Shown here piece after piece: positions 8,145 through 17,504 of a stretch of 64,000 bases of DNA. The notes below the pieces were generated by a model that did not search any database, had not been told where the DNA came from, and worked only from the letters and a program-made list of their open reading frames with translations. The position numbers and the translations under genes are program-made. This DNA is from Candidatus Binatia bacterium (lineage in GTDB: Bacteria > Desulfobacterota > Binatia > UBA9968 > CAXXLF01): positions 1,248,001 to 1,312,000 of the forward strand of contig CAXXLF010000002.1 of NCBI GenBank assembly GCA_963664015.2, in the 5' to 3' direction. Each line of letters begins with the position of its first letter. Position 1 is the stretch's first letter.

Positions 8145-9409
8145 ATGGATTATTATACTCAGACGCTGTCACCAAAGCTGTCGAGACAGGCGACCTAAGC
8201 GGACTTACGAAGTTCGCCAAGGATGCAGACAAGCGAATAGCAGAGCTACAAAAGGGAACACCGTCCCAGGCAGCTATAAAAGCAGATACGGGAGAACCCG
8301 AGGCAACTAAGAAGAAAACAGCCAGAGGAGTAGGAAGAGTATTCAAGCGCAAGATGCGTAATGCCAATGGAGAGACAGTTGAGGACCCAATCTGGTGGAT
8401 TGCCTACTATCACAGAGGTAAGGAGTACCGTGAAAGTTCTAGCTTTACGAGTGAGGAAAAAGCCAGAAGGAAACTTAAGAAGCGGCTACAGGATATTGGT
8501 AACCGGAGATTTGTGCCCAATGAGGACAGGGTGAGCTTCGATAACATCGTGGTGGATCTTGAAAACGAGTACCGAGTAAACGGCAGGCGGTCCCTGTCCA
8601 CTGCGAAGAACCATATACGGCATCTAAAGGGATACTTTGGTATGGATCGGGCAGTTGATATAATCCCGGATCGAGTTATGGCCTACCAGCTTCACCGCCA
8701 GGATGAGAGGGCTTCCAAAGCTACCACTAACCGTGAGATAGCCTGCCTAGGACGGATGCTCTCTCTAGCAGTGGAACTTAAGAAGATCTCATTCAAGCCA
8801 AAGTTCAAAATGCTGGATGGGGAAAAGATAAGGCAGGGTTTCTTAGAGCATGGAGATTTCCTAACTCTCTTGAACAACCTTCCTGATTACCTCAAGCCAA
8901 CGGTGGAGTTTCTCTACTACTCTGGTTGGCGAAAGGGAGCAGCGGGTAATCTTGAGTGGAAAGACATTGATATGGAGGGGAAAATGGCAAGGCTCAGGAT
9001 CGAGAACAGTAAGAATAAAGAGCCTTGGGTAGTCCCCCTTGCCGGAAGGTTATGGGACATTGTCCAAGGACGCCACCAGGACCGTCGTCTAGATTGCCCC
9101 TATGTCTTTCATCGGGATGGGAAAAGGATAGGCGACTTCAAGAAGGCGTGGAAGACAGCATGTAAAAAAAGTGGCCTTACGGAAACACTGGTTCACGATC
9201 TGAGACGGTGTACTGCCCGTAACTTATCCAGAGCCAATGTCCCCGAAGTTCTGGCAATGAAGATCACAGGCCACAAGACAAACTCTATGTATCGCCGCTA
9301 CCGGATTGTGGATGAGGATGAACTCAGGGAAGCTCAGGAGCGGCTACAGGCTCATCTAGAAAAGCAGTCCAATGCCCCAAGGGTAGTTCCTATCCGGGTA
9401 GCTAAATGA
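8141..9409 (+). CDS. int: Tyrosine recombinase/integrase
   Basis: Catalytic R (SGWRKG), K (KNKEP), HDLRR, TGHKT, YRRY; adjacent to the tRNA. Confidence 0.95.
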   Translation: MNGLLYSDAVTKAVETGDLSGLTKFAKDADKRIAELQKGTPSQAAIKADTGEPEATKKKTARGVGRVFKRKMRNANGETVEDPIWWIAYYHRGKEYRESSSFTSEEKARRKLKKRLQDIGNRRFVPNEDRVSFDNIVVDLENEYRVNGRRSLSTAKNHIRHLKGYFGMDRAVDIIPDRVMAYQLHRQDERASKATTNREIACLGRMLSLAVELKKISFKPKFKMLDGEKIRQGFLEHGDFLTLLNNLPDYLKPTVEFLYYSGWRKGAAGNLEWKDIDMEGKMARLRIENSKNKEPWVVPLAGRLWDIVQGRHQDRRLDCPYVFHRDGKRIGDFKKAWKTACKKSGLTETLVHDLRRCTARNLSRANVPEVLAMKITGHKTNSMYRRYRIVDEDELREAQERLQAHLEKQSNAPRVVPIRVAK

Positions 9410-9413
9410 GCGC

Positions 9414-9499
9414 ACACGGACAGTACACGGTACAGTGGGGGCATTTTAGGCCATGTGGGGTAAGTTTGGAGTGTTTACTTGAGGTGCAAGGGGCTGATT
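9414..9499. promoter_or_regulatory. att arm region: tandem arm-type repeats and IHF site
   Basis: ACACGGACAGT/ACACGGTACAGT (9414-9436); minus-strand AATCAGCCCCTTG (9499-9487) fits the IHF consensus WATCAR-N4-TTR. Confidence 0.5.
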
Positions 9500-9504
9500 T
9501 TAAA

Positions 9505-9581
9505 TGGTGGTCGCAGCAGGACTCGAACCTGCGACCTCTTGCATGTGAAGCAAGCGCTCTAACCAGCTGAGCTATGCGACC
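9505..9581 (-). tRNA. tRNA-Val (anticodon CAC)
   Basis: GGTCGCATAGCTCAGCTGGTTAGAGCG-CTTGC-TTCACAT-GCAAG-AGGTCGCAGGTTCGAGTCCTGCTGCGACCACCA; full cloverleaf with CCA. Confidence 0.97.
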
Positions 9582-9614
9582 ACGGCTTAAACCTACTCAG
9601 GCAATCGCTCAAAG

Positions 9615-10424
9615 TCAACTGGGCTTCCCGCATATCACAGCGTAGGAAAGCCCGCCCTTTACATGGGCCTTGCCCCCGGTTTTCCAGGACCGGAAGTAGT
9701 GCTCTTCAAACCGTGTCTTCATCTCGTCTGATTTAGTATCCAACTCCTCGGCTACTTCCAACCAATGGCGGCCGGTGGGGACCCCTTCCATATTATCCTG
9801 GTCGAAAGAGATGCGGTGGACGTCCGAGTTGGTTACTGTGAACCGTTCCTGTTCGAGCAGCTCCTGAATCTCCTGAGCCGAATGGAAACGAAAAATCCCG
9901 CCATGGGAGCGGCCAAAGACCTGATTGACCAGATCATTCACCGAGCGGTCCACGGCGTCGTTAACCTGAACCACCACTGGATCCAGGACCGACAGGCTTC
10001 CCTTGGGCTTGAGGACGCGTCTGACCTCGCGCACCACCAGGGCCGGATCACGGAAGTGATGCAGGCTGAAGGCTACAAAGGCCCGGTCAAAGACGCCGCT
10101 ACGAAAAGGCAACAGACTTGCATCGCCGGCGGCCTGGAGGTATCTGGACTGGGGCCCACTAAGGCCCTTCTCTCTACCAACGCTGAGCATGGCCAGCGCC
10201 TCATCCAGACCTACGATCTTCCCATGGCCCAGGCGTTCTGAAACCGGCTCCGCATACCGTCCTGTCCCTGTAGCGACATCAAGCACCCATTCGCCACCCT
10301 GTAGCCGGAGACTTTCGATCATGCTCAGTCCGAGTTTTGCCCGGATATCTGAAACCTGCCGCCGATCAAACTCCAGCGCATGCTGATAGTCGTGGAATGG
10401 TGTCCCGTGGCTTTTTTGTTCCAC
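9615..10424 (-). CDS. Class I SAM-dependent methyltransferase (UbiE-like)
   Basis: VLDVATGTG, GDASLLPFRSGVFD, LHHFRDP, RVLKPKG; GTG start overlaps the EVE stop (TAGTG). Confidence 0.88.
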   Translation of the reverse strand: MEQKSHGTPFHDYQHALEFDRRQVSDIRAKLGLSMIESLRLQGGEWVLDVATGTGRYAEPVSERLGHGKIVGLDEALAMLSVGREKGLSGPQSRYLQAAGDASLLPFRSGVFDRAFVAFSLHHFRDPALVVREVRRVLKPKGSLSVLDPVVVQVNDAVDRSVNDLVNQVFGRSHGGIFRFHSAQEIQELLEQERFTVTNSDVHRISFDQDNMEGVPTGRHWLEVAEELDTKSDEMKTRFEEHYFRSWKTGGKAHVKGGLSYAVICGKPS

Positions 10425-10831
10425 TATTTCGCTAACTCCGTAATAATCTTCCACTGCTCGTCGTTTACCGGCATCACCGAGAGACGGGATATACGAACAA
10501 GGTCAAACTTAGCAAGTTTGGACTGAGCCTTAATCTCTGCGAGAGAAACCGGTCGGGGAAGAGGCTTTGACGCCTCAATATCAAAGACCAGAAACCTCGG
10601 GTTTTTCTCTTCAGGATTCGGATAGGCCCCACTCAACGTTCGCCCTATGCCGACGGCGGCCTTTTCCTTCCCCGTATGATAGATCAGGACCCAGTCGCCT
10701 TTACGGACACCGGTCATGTGTTTTAAAGCTAAATTGTTCTTCACCCCGTCCCATACGGTTTGCTTATCCTTTTGCAGTTGCTGAAAAGAATACACAGTGG
10801 GTTCGGTCTTCACCAGCCAACGGTTTGCCAT
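10424..10831 (-). CDS. EVE domain protein
   Basis: WLVKTEP, WDGVKNNLA, RLSVMPV. Confidence 0.92.
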   Translation of the reverse strand: MANRWLVKTEPTVYSFQQLQKDKQTVWDGVKNNLALKHMTGVRKGDWVLIYHTGKEKAAVGIGRTLSGAYPNPEEKNPRFLVFDIEASKPLPRPVSLAEIKAQSKLAKFDLVRISRLSVMPVNDEQWKIITELAK

Positions 10832-10879
10832 GATTTGTTCTCCCGCCGTTATTTATCCTGATTCGACCACCACATGTCA

Positions 10880-10901
10880 ATGGGCCTTTTTCAACAGGCT
10901 G
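10880..10901. repeat. Solo MITE/IS terminal repeat remnant
   Basis: ATGGGCCTTTTTCAACAGGCTG resembles the terminal repeat of the element at 14195-14378. Confidence 0.35.
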
Positions 10902-10945
10902 CAGGAAATTGAACTTCCCCGGGCGGCATGATATGACGGGACACG

Positions 10946-12556
10946 ATGTCCTCCTTCGACGATTTCTGCGGCGCCTTTTTTGACAAATACTTTTCTCTTT
11001 ATCCCACCAATGCGATCCATTACGGGATAGAAGGATACGATCACCTATTAAAAGACTATAGCGATGAGGCCTTCGAGGCTGAAAAGGCCTTTGCCCAAGA
11101 ATCGTTCCAGAGCTTGAGACAGGTATCCGTCAAAGGGCTGAGCCGTGACAAAACCATCGACTACGCCCTGCTAGAAGGGCAGCTCACCATAGAGAACTAC
11201 GAATTCAACAAGGAAGACTATCGGCTCAGGCAGCCGGATCTCTATCTTCCCGTATCCGACATCTACATTGTAACCGTGCGACCCACTAAAGACCGATTCG
11301 GAAGTATCGTCAGCCGACTGGAAGCCGCACCCCGAGTCCTCCGCCGGGGGATCGAGAATCTAAGCCGTCCCGATGCAATGCCGCCCCGGCTCTGGACCGA
11401 GATGGCCATCGAGGCATCCGAGGGGGAGATCAGTTTTCTGGACCGGCTCAACCGCATTCCGTCGGTTAAGGAGAGCATAACCGACCCGGCACGCCTGAAC
11501 CGGGCTGTCGAGAAGACCAAGGACGCCGTGCGGGACTATACCGAGTTCCTCCAGAAGGAGCTCCTGCCCCGCAGTCAGGGTACCTACGCCGTAGGAGCCG
11601 AACACTACCACCTGCTTCTCAAGAAACGACATTTTTTGAATCAAGACGCCGCAGAACTCCTGGCCCAGGGAGAGTGCCTATTTGAAACGACCAAACGCGA
11701 GTTATCCCAACTGGCCGAGAAGATTTTACCCGGCAAGAGCATTCTGGAGGTGACGCAGAAAATTCAAGAGCGCCATCCCCCTGCTGAGGACGTCCTGTCG
11801 GCCTACCAGAGCGCCATGGAGAAAGCCCGCGCATTCGTTTTTGAACGGAAGCTCGTAACCTTTCCACCGGCTGAGAAACTACGCGTGGGCCCCACACCCG
11901 AATTCGAACGCCATGAAGTCCCCTTTGCGGCCTATCTTCCGCCCTCTCCCAAAGACCCCGAACAGGTTGGACACTACTACGTGACACCGGTGACGGACCC
12001 AGAGCTGTTAGGTGAGCACAACTGGGTAGGCCTGGAGAACACCTCGGTACACGAGAGCTACCCGGGACACCATCTCCAATTCACGATCGCCAATTCCAAC
12101 CCGGCAAGCTGTACGCTGCCGCGGCTCATGAACGAGTCCTCGGTATTTTACGAAGGCTGGGCTCTGTACTGCGAACAGCTCATGCAGGAGCAGGGATTTC
12201 TCCAGTCCCAGGAACATCGATTTGTGATGCTGAAGGACCGTCTCTGGCGTGCTCTGAGGATTATTATTGACGTCAAAACCCAATCGGGACAGATGTCCTA
12301 TAACGAAGCCGCTGAACTCATGACACGCGAGCTAAACTTCCCCTTGAGCCAGGCCCAGGGGGACCTGAACTGGTATAGCCAATCTCCATCCACCCCCATG
12401 GGTTACGCCCTGGGCTGGTCCATTATCAACCGCCTCCGAGTCACTGAGCAAAACAGATTGGGTTCAAGTTTCAACCTGTGCGACTTCCACGACCGCCTCC
12501 TCAGCGCCGGTAGCATTTCCCTGCCGCTGGTTGAGAAGAGACACTTCTCCACATGA
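10946..12556 (+). CDS. DUF885 family protein (zincin-like)
   Basis: HESYPGHHLQ and EGWALYCE motifs. Confidence 0.9.
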   Translation: MSSFDDFCGAFFDKYFSLYPTNAIHYGIEGYDHLLKDYSDEAFEAEKAFAQESFQSLRQVSVKGLSRDKTIDYALLEGQLTIENYEFNKEDYRLRQPDLYLPVSDIYIVTVRPTKDRFGSIVSRLEAAPRVLRRGIENLSRPDAMPPRLWTEMAIEASEGEISFLDRLNRIPSVKESITDPARLNRAVEKTKDAVRDYTEFLQKELLPRSQGTYAVGAEHYHLLLKKRHFLNQDAAELLAQGECLFETTKRELSQLAEKILPGKSILEVTQKIQERHPPAEDVLSAYQSAMEKARAFVFERKLVTFPPAEKLRVGPTPEFERHEVPFAAYLPPSPKDPEQVGHYYVTPVTDPELLGEHNWVGLENTSVHESYPGHHLQFTIANSNPASCTLPRLMNESSVFYEGWALYCEQLMQEQGFLQSQEHRFVMLKDRLWRALRIIIDVKTQSGQMSYNEAAELMTRELNFPLSQAQGDLNWYSQSPSTPMGYALGWSIINRLRVTEQNRLGSSFNLCDFHDRLLSAGSISLPLVEKRHFST

Positions 12557-13431
12557 GTCCCAAAGCAAGGAAGAAGTGGCGCGGTCCGCTTCTGGGAGCC
12601 CATATGTCTATCGCGGGAGGCCTGGAACAGGCCCTGCTGGCAGGGGAAAAAGTTCAATGTGATGCGGTCCAGATCTTTACCAAGTCTTCCCGCCAATGGG
12701 ACGCCCAGCCCTACACACATGAGGAGATCGACTGCTTCAAGCGTCAGAAAAAGAAGTCCGGCATAACCCGCGTGATTGCCCATAATTCATACCTTCCCAA
12801 CCTGGGCACACCTGACCTCAAACTGAGAAAAAAATCAGTCAATGCCTTGATCGACGAGGTGAAGCGCTGCGAGAGCGTGTCCATCCCTAATCTGATTGCC
12901 CACCCAGGCGCTCATATGGGTGAGGGTGAAAAGAAAGGAATCCAAAGGATCGCCCGTTCGCTAGATGATATTCACAGGTCCTGCCCCGGCTATAAAGTCA
13001 AAATCACCCTGGAGATCACCGCCGGGCAAGGTACGGCGCTGGGCTGGCGTTTCGAGCAGATTCGCGGCATTCTGGATGCCGTAAAGGAGAACCAGCGCCT
13101 TCGGGTCTGCTTCGACACGGAGCATGCCTTCGCAGCCGGCTACGATATCAGGACCAGGGAGGGCTATGAGAGAACATTCTCCGAATTCGATGAACGGATC
13201 GGCATCGGTTTGCTAGCTGCCTTCCACCTGAACGACTCCAAGAAGGAGTTGGACTCGAGGGTAGACCGCCACGAACACATTGGGAAGGGATTCATCGGCG
13301 TGGAGGCCTTCCGGCTACTCATGAATGACCAGCGCTTCTGGGGTCTCCCCATGTGTTTGGAAACGGCTAAGGGACCGTATCTCAACGAAGACCGGGAGGG
13401 CCTGACACTACTGCGTAGCCTCATCCGCTAA
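12553..13431 (+). CDS. nfo: Endonuclease IV
   Basis: LLGAHMSIAGG, HPG, LEITAGQG, CFDTEH, HLNDSK, DRHEHIG. Confidence 0.95.
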   Translation: MSPKARKKWRGPLLGAHMSIAGGLEQALLAGEKVQCDAVQIFTKSSRQWDAQPYTHEEIDCFKRQKKKSGITRVIAHNSYLPNLGTPDLKLRKKSVNALIDEVKRCESVSIPNLIAHPGAHMGEGEKKGIQRIARSLDDIHRSCPGYKVKITLEITAGQGTALGWRFEQIRGILDAVKENQRLRVCFDTEHAFAAGYDIRTREGYERTFSEFDERIGIGLLAAFHLNDSKKELDSRVDRHEHIGKGFIGVEAFRLLMNDQRFWGLPMCLETAKGPYLNEDREGLTLLRSLIR

Positions 13432-13462
13432 CAACCGGGCGGCAATGGGTACCCAAAATAGT

Positions 13463-14146
13463 CTAGGGAAGCTTTTGCCAGAGGGCAAAGGTGTCTTTTG
13501 ACTTCTTCGAATCCGGAGAAGTCAACCATGGCTCTTTAGTCCCAGCACCCTTGGGCAGGCCAAAGAAATAGATCCTCAGCAATTGGTCGATCAGGTTGGG
13601 AAGAGATGCGTCCCGTTTCGGGTTGTACCAGGTATAGATCCAGTTCATCATCCCAAACAGGGAAAACGTGGCCACCCTCAAGTCTAATTTTTTGCCCCCC
13701 TCACCTTTCTGGAGCTCCTCGAGCAAATCCATCAGCACCTTCACATAACGTCGCTTCGCATTTCGGATCTTGTCCTGGAGTTTTCCGGTCAGGGACTCAT
13801 CCTCATGGGACATGACCTTCATCTCGCACATATTGTGAAGAAAAAAACCGACGTGATTACCCACAAAGGTACATATCCTTACTCGCACGTCCGCCTTGGG
13901 ATCGGCGGTTTTCTCCCAGCGCTGCAAAAGAGTTAAAAAGCACTGTTCCTGGATCAAAAAGAGGAGTTCCTCTTTGGTAGGAAAATAATAATAGAGGCCG
14001 GCCAGGCTCATGCCCGTCGCACGTGAAATGTCACGAATCGAAGTACGGTGAAATCCCTTCTCAGCGAAAATCTGGGCAGAACTTCTCAGGATTAGTTGAA
14101 GTTTTTCGTCGTAATGGCGAGTCGAGGACTCTAAACGTTTGGCCAT
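13463..14146 (-). CDS. TetR family regulator (KstR2/PaaR-like)
   Basis: AQIFAEKGFHRTSIRDISRATGMSLAGLYYYFPTKEELL; C-terminal GMMNWIYTWY. Confidence 0.92.
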   Translation of the reverse strand: MAKRLESSTRHYDEKLQLILRSSAQIFAEKGFHRTSIRDISRATGMSLAGLYYYFPTKEELLFLIQEQCFLTLLQRWEKTADPKADVRVRICTFVGNHVGFFLHNMCEMKVMSHEDESLTGKLQDKIRNAKRRYVKVLMDLLEELQKGEGGKKLDLRVATFSLFGMMNWIYTWYNPKRDASLPNLIDQLLRIYFFGLPKGAGTKEPWLTSPDSKKSKDTFALWQKLP

Positions 14147-14194
14147 GGAGCAACCTATGTAACCGGTTGACCCTAAGTGTGTCAACTGTTTACC

Positions 14195-14378
14195 CAGGCC
14201 GGCCAAAAAGGCCCATCGGCCATCAGCCCGCCCAGAGCCGGTGTTTAAGATAGCTGCGCTCGATCGCTACGGAAATCATTTCCACTCCTAACGAAGTCGC
14301 TCCAACGTACTGATCAAGTACGCTTACGCTCGTCGATTTCTCGTGCGCCTCGCACCTGGAACCTTTTTGACCGGCCTG
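14195..14378. mobile_element. MITE-like element with 17-bp terminal inverted repeats
   Basis: CAGGCCGGCCAAAAAGG (14195-14211) and CCTTTTTGACCGGCCTG (14362-14378), one mismatch; no transposase. Confidence 0.65.
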
Positions 14379-14513
14379 AAAGAGGAAAGAAGATTGAGGA
14401 TTGAAGATCTAAAAAGGACTGAATAAGAAGATCCGGACGCTTTGTGTCCATGCGCTTTGCCGTTCGCTAATCTGCGATAATCGGCGTAAATCTGCGGCTA
14501 ATTACTCTTTGCG

Positions 14514-15461
14514 CTATGCTCCTTTCGCTTTGCCGCCTAGATGGGGAAGAACGTTCTGACCGAAACGCTCGATCTGTTCTAATCGATCGGGCCAACGGGG
14601 TGCCATGAATTGTAGCGCCACGTGTTCGACGCCCACCCCCTCGTAGGCCCTCAACGCTTCGACCAACTGCGCAGGATCCCCCTTCAGTCGACCCTCTTCC
14701 TGATAAACCGGCTCACGGGTGAGCTGTACGGGCAAGCAGCAGCACAGGTGCACATCCGACTCGCCTCTTCCCGCTTCCACCGCCCAATATCGAACTCGAT
14801 CAAACCGTGCAGCTAACGCTTTCGGCGTTATAGCCACAAAGTACGGGAACCAGGCGTCGCCGTAGCGACCGGCCCGCCGCTGAGCCTGAATACCCTCCCC
14901 GCCGACCCAAAGGGGGATACGAGGTTTTTGCAGAGGCTTGGGATAAAAAGCCACATTGTCGAATCGATAGTAACGCCCCTGGAAGCGTGGATGGCGACGG
15001 TCCCATAACTGCCTCAAGATCAGAAGCTGCTCATCGGACCTGGACCCGCGATCCTCAAAGGGAACGCCAAGGGCATCAAACTCCTCTTTCAGCCACCCAA
15101 CCCCCACTCCAAGGACTGTACGGCCCCGGGACAAGTGGTCAAGGGTCGACATTATTTTGGCCCAATGGAGCGGATGGCGGTAGGGTAGAACCAATACGCT
15201 CATCCCCAGCACGATCTTTTCTGTGCAACCGGCTAGAAAGGCAAGGCATGTCAAAGGATCCAAAAAAGGCCGGTCGGGAGGCACGATAAATTGGTTATCA
15301 TCGCTATAGGGATATGACGTGTGGATCTCCCACGGGATGATGACGCGGTCCGCAGCCCAGACCGAATGATAGCCTGAGGCCTCAGCCTTTCGAGCGGCCT
15401 CCATGAGCGTAGCGGGACCCGCTGCGCGCCCCGAGATCGGTAAAAACACCCCCAACCGCAT
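14514..15461 (-). CDS. LLM class (probably F420-dependent) oxidoreductase
   Basis: GYHSVWAADRV, SVLVLPYRHP, LGVGVGWLKEEF, PKPLQKPRIPLWVGG. Confidence 0.9.
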   Translation of the reverse strand: MRLGVFLPISGRAAGPATLMEAARKAEASGYHSVWAADRVIIPWEIHTSYPYSDDNQFIVPPDRPFLDPLTCLAFLAGCTEKIVLGMSVLVLPYRHPLHWAKIMSTLDHLSRGRTVLGVGVGWLKEEFDALGVPFEDRGSRSDEQLLILRQLWDRRHPRFQGRYYRFDNVAFYPKPLQKPRIPLWVGGEGIQAQRRAGRYGDAWFPYFVAITPKALAARFDRVRYWAVEAGRGESDVHLCCCLPVQLTREPVYQEEGRLKGDPAQLVEALRAYEGVGVEHVALQFMAPRWPDRLEQIERFGQNVLPHLGGKAKGA

Positions 15462-15662
15462 GGCTCGATTGACCTCTTTAATCCTCTAGCCTTGTGCCGC
15501 TATCCCGGTGGCGGCAAATGCCATCGAATCCTTCATAGCCTACCCTCACAGCCACGTCCAGCCACCTTCCAGGCGGAGCTAGATTAAGCGCCCAATACCT
15601 GCTAAAAGCATAAAACTATTAAGCTCTTTCCTGCCATGAGGCAACCAAAGGAGGATAAATCA

Positions 15663-16253
15663 ATGGCTCTGCGAATCTATCAATTCCCAACCTCGATGTT
15701 TTGCGAAAAGGTGAGAATCACTCTTTCTCTTAAGAATATCCCCTATGAAATTGTCGATGCCAGGCAAGATGATCGTAAGGCACTGATAGAGTTTTCCGGT
15801 CAGAAAAAGGTCCCTGTGCTCGATTTCAACGGCCAACCGGTGATCGACTCCACTGTGATTTGTGCCTTCCTCGAAGAAAAGTATCCCCAACCCAGCCTCT
15901 ATCCCTCGAATCCCACCGACAAAGGACTCTGCCTTGTACTGGAGGACTGGGCAGATGAAATTCTATTTAAATCGGTGCACATGATGCGTTCCAAAGAGCT
16001 CCCTGAGGTCCAGAAGGAGGGCGAGAGATTACTCCATATCAACCTCCAGATGTTGGAACAGTGGTTCTCCGGCGATAAAGAATTTATCTTCGACCGGATC
16101 ACCCTTGCGGATATCGCCGTCTTTGTGGAACTGCATTACCTCTATACCTCTGTTAAAACCGAGGTCCCAGCCCAATACAGGAACGTCCATGCCTGGATGG
16201 ACCGGGTGTGTCGAACCTTGAATCTCTCGTCCTTGGACGATATCGCGGCATAG
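15663..16253 (+). CDS. Glutathione S-transferase family protein
   Basis: SMFCEKVR, KVPVL, DSTVI, ITLADIA; SD AGGAGG. Confidence 0.9.
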   Translation: MALRIYQFPTSMFCEKVRITLSLKNIPYEIVDARQDDRKALIEFSGQKKVPVLDFNGQPVIDSTVICAFLEEKYPQPSLYPSNPTDKGLCLVLEDWADEILFKSVHMMRSKELPEVQKEGERLLHINLQMLEQWFSGDKEFIFDRITLADIAVFVELHYLYTSVKTEVPAQYRNVHAWMDRVCRTLNLSSLDDIAA

Positions 16254-16307
16254 CGTTCCCCTGCCCCGATTGATCAACCGGCGAGAGCAATTAGGGCGCA
16301 CACACCC

Positions 16308-17504
16308 ATGACAACCAGCCCATCGGATAATATCTGGACCCGTACGTTTCTCATCCTGTGTTTGGCCGAGTTCCTGGGATATGCCCATAACGCGTTGCTT
16401 ACCCCGACGCTTCCCCTTTATGTAATCCAACTGGGCGGGTCGCCCTTCCTATTCGGTGTGATCCTCGCCTCCTTTAGTGTCACGAGTGTCTTTCTCCGGC
16501 CTCTGATTGGATCGTGGGCGGATTCCTGGAGTTACGCAGGTATCCTTTCCATTGGGGCCTCGTTGCTGGGCCTTAGCGTCCTTATTTACCTCTTCCCTTT
16601 TACCCTGGTACTGGTATTCGCCAATGCACTTCGCGGTATAGGCTGGGCCGGGCTCAACACTGGCGGCTATTCCCTGCTCGCCAACAGTGCGCCCCCGAAT
16701 CGCAGAGGAGAGGCCTCGGGATTTTACGGGGCATTTCAAAGCAGCCCCCATATCATATTTCCCGCCATGGCCCTCTGGCTCATCGATGCACCGCTGGGAG
16801 GCTTCAGAGTGGTGTTTATCCTATCTGCCGCACTGGCCTTTACGGGAAGCGGAATTGCCCTGGTCCTCAAGAGTCGAACCGAACAGACTAGGCCCCAACA
16901 ATCCTCTTCGAGTAGCGCGAGACCAGGTCGCCCGAAAATCTTTACCTCTGTCGACTCAAATGTGATGGTCGCATCGGCTTTGTTGTTATGCTTGCATGTC
17001 GCCATGCCCGTCACCACAGGATTTCTGGTGCTATACACGCGCGAGATCGGTATCGAAGGGATGGGCTGGTATTTTCTTGCAAGCGGTATCACTCAAGTGC
17101 TGACCCGCCCTACACTAGGGCTGCTCTCGGACCGAATCGGCCGTGGCCGCTCCGTTGCAGCCTCCTATGTGCTGGAACTCGCCGGACTCCTACTGCTCAT
17201 GATGGCCCCCAACCTTATGGTCATTGTCATGGGTGGTATGCTCTATGCCGCCGGCACCTCCATGGGCACCGCAACGACAATGGCTATGGCCATAACCCTG
17301 GCGGATCCCGCACGCCGCGGTGCGGTGATGGCGACCTTTTCAACCGCTCTACCCATGAGCATGGGTATCGGGGCCATGGTGGCCGGAACTATCGTCGATC
17401 TCGCGGGTTACAAATGGATGTTCGTCGCGGCTATGGCGATGGTGTCCATGGGCCTTATCCTCACGCTCGTAAAATGGTCGACCCTCGACCCTCCCCGCCG
17501 ATGA
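16308..17504 (+). CDS. MFS transporter (copy 1)
   Basis: 12-TM hydrophobic pattern, GLLSDRIGRGR motif. Confidence 0.92.
   Translation: MTTSPSDNIWTRTFLILCLAEFLGYAHNALLTPTLPLYVIQLGGSPFLFGVILASFSVTSVFLRPLIGSWADSWSYAGILSIGASLLGLSVLIYLFPFTLVLVFANALRGIGWAGLNTGGYSLLANSAPPNRRGEASGFYGAFQSSPHIIFPAMALWLIDAPLGGFRVVFILSAALAFTGSGIALVLKSRTEQTRPQQSSSSSARPGRPKIFTSVDSNVMVASALLLCLHVAMPVTTGFLVLYTREIGIEGMGWYFLASGITQVLTRPTLGLLSDRIGRGRSVAASYVLELAGLLLLMMAPNLMVIVMGGMLYAAGTSMGTATTMAMAITLADPARRGAVMATFSTALPMSMGIGAMVAGTIVDLAGYKWMFVAAMAMVSMGLILTLVKWSTLDPPRR

Larger units (their letters stand above)
1..9520. mobile_element. tRNA-Val-integrated Prim-Pol element (satellite/IME-like); type I RM probably cargo; left end not in window
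   Basis: Integrase converging on the tRNA 3' end, plus xis, RHH and primase-helicase; no second att copy seen, so the left boundary is inferred to be outside the window. Confidence 0.7.

Noticed and set aside
4478-9409. Prophage call
   Set aside because: No capsid, terminase, tail or lysis genes in view
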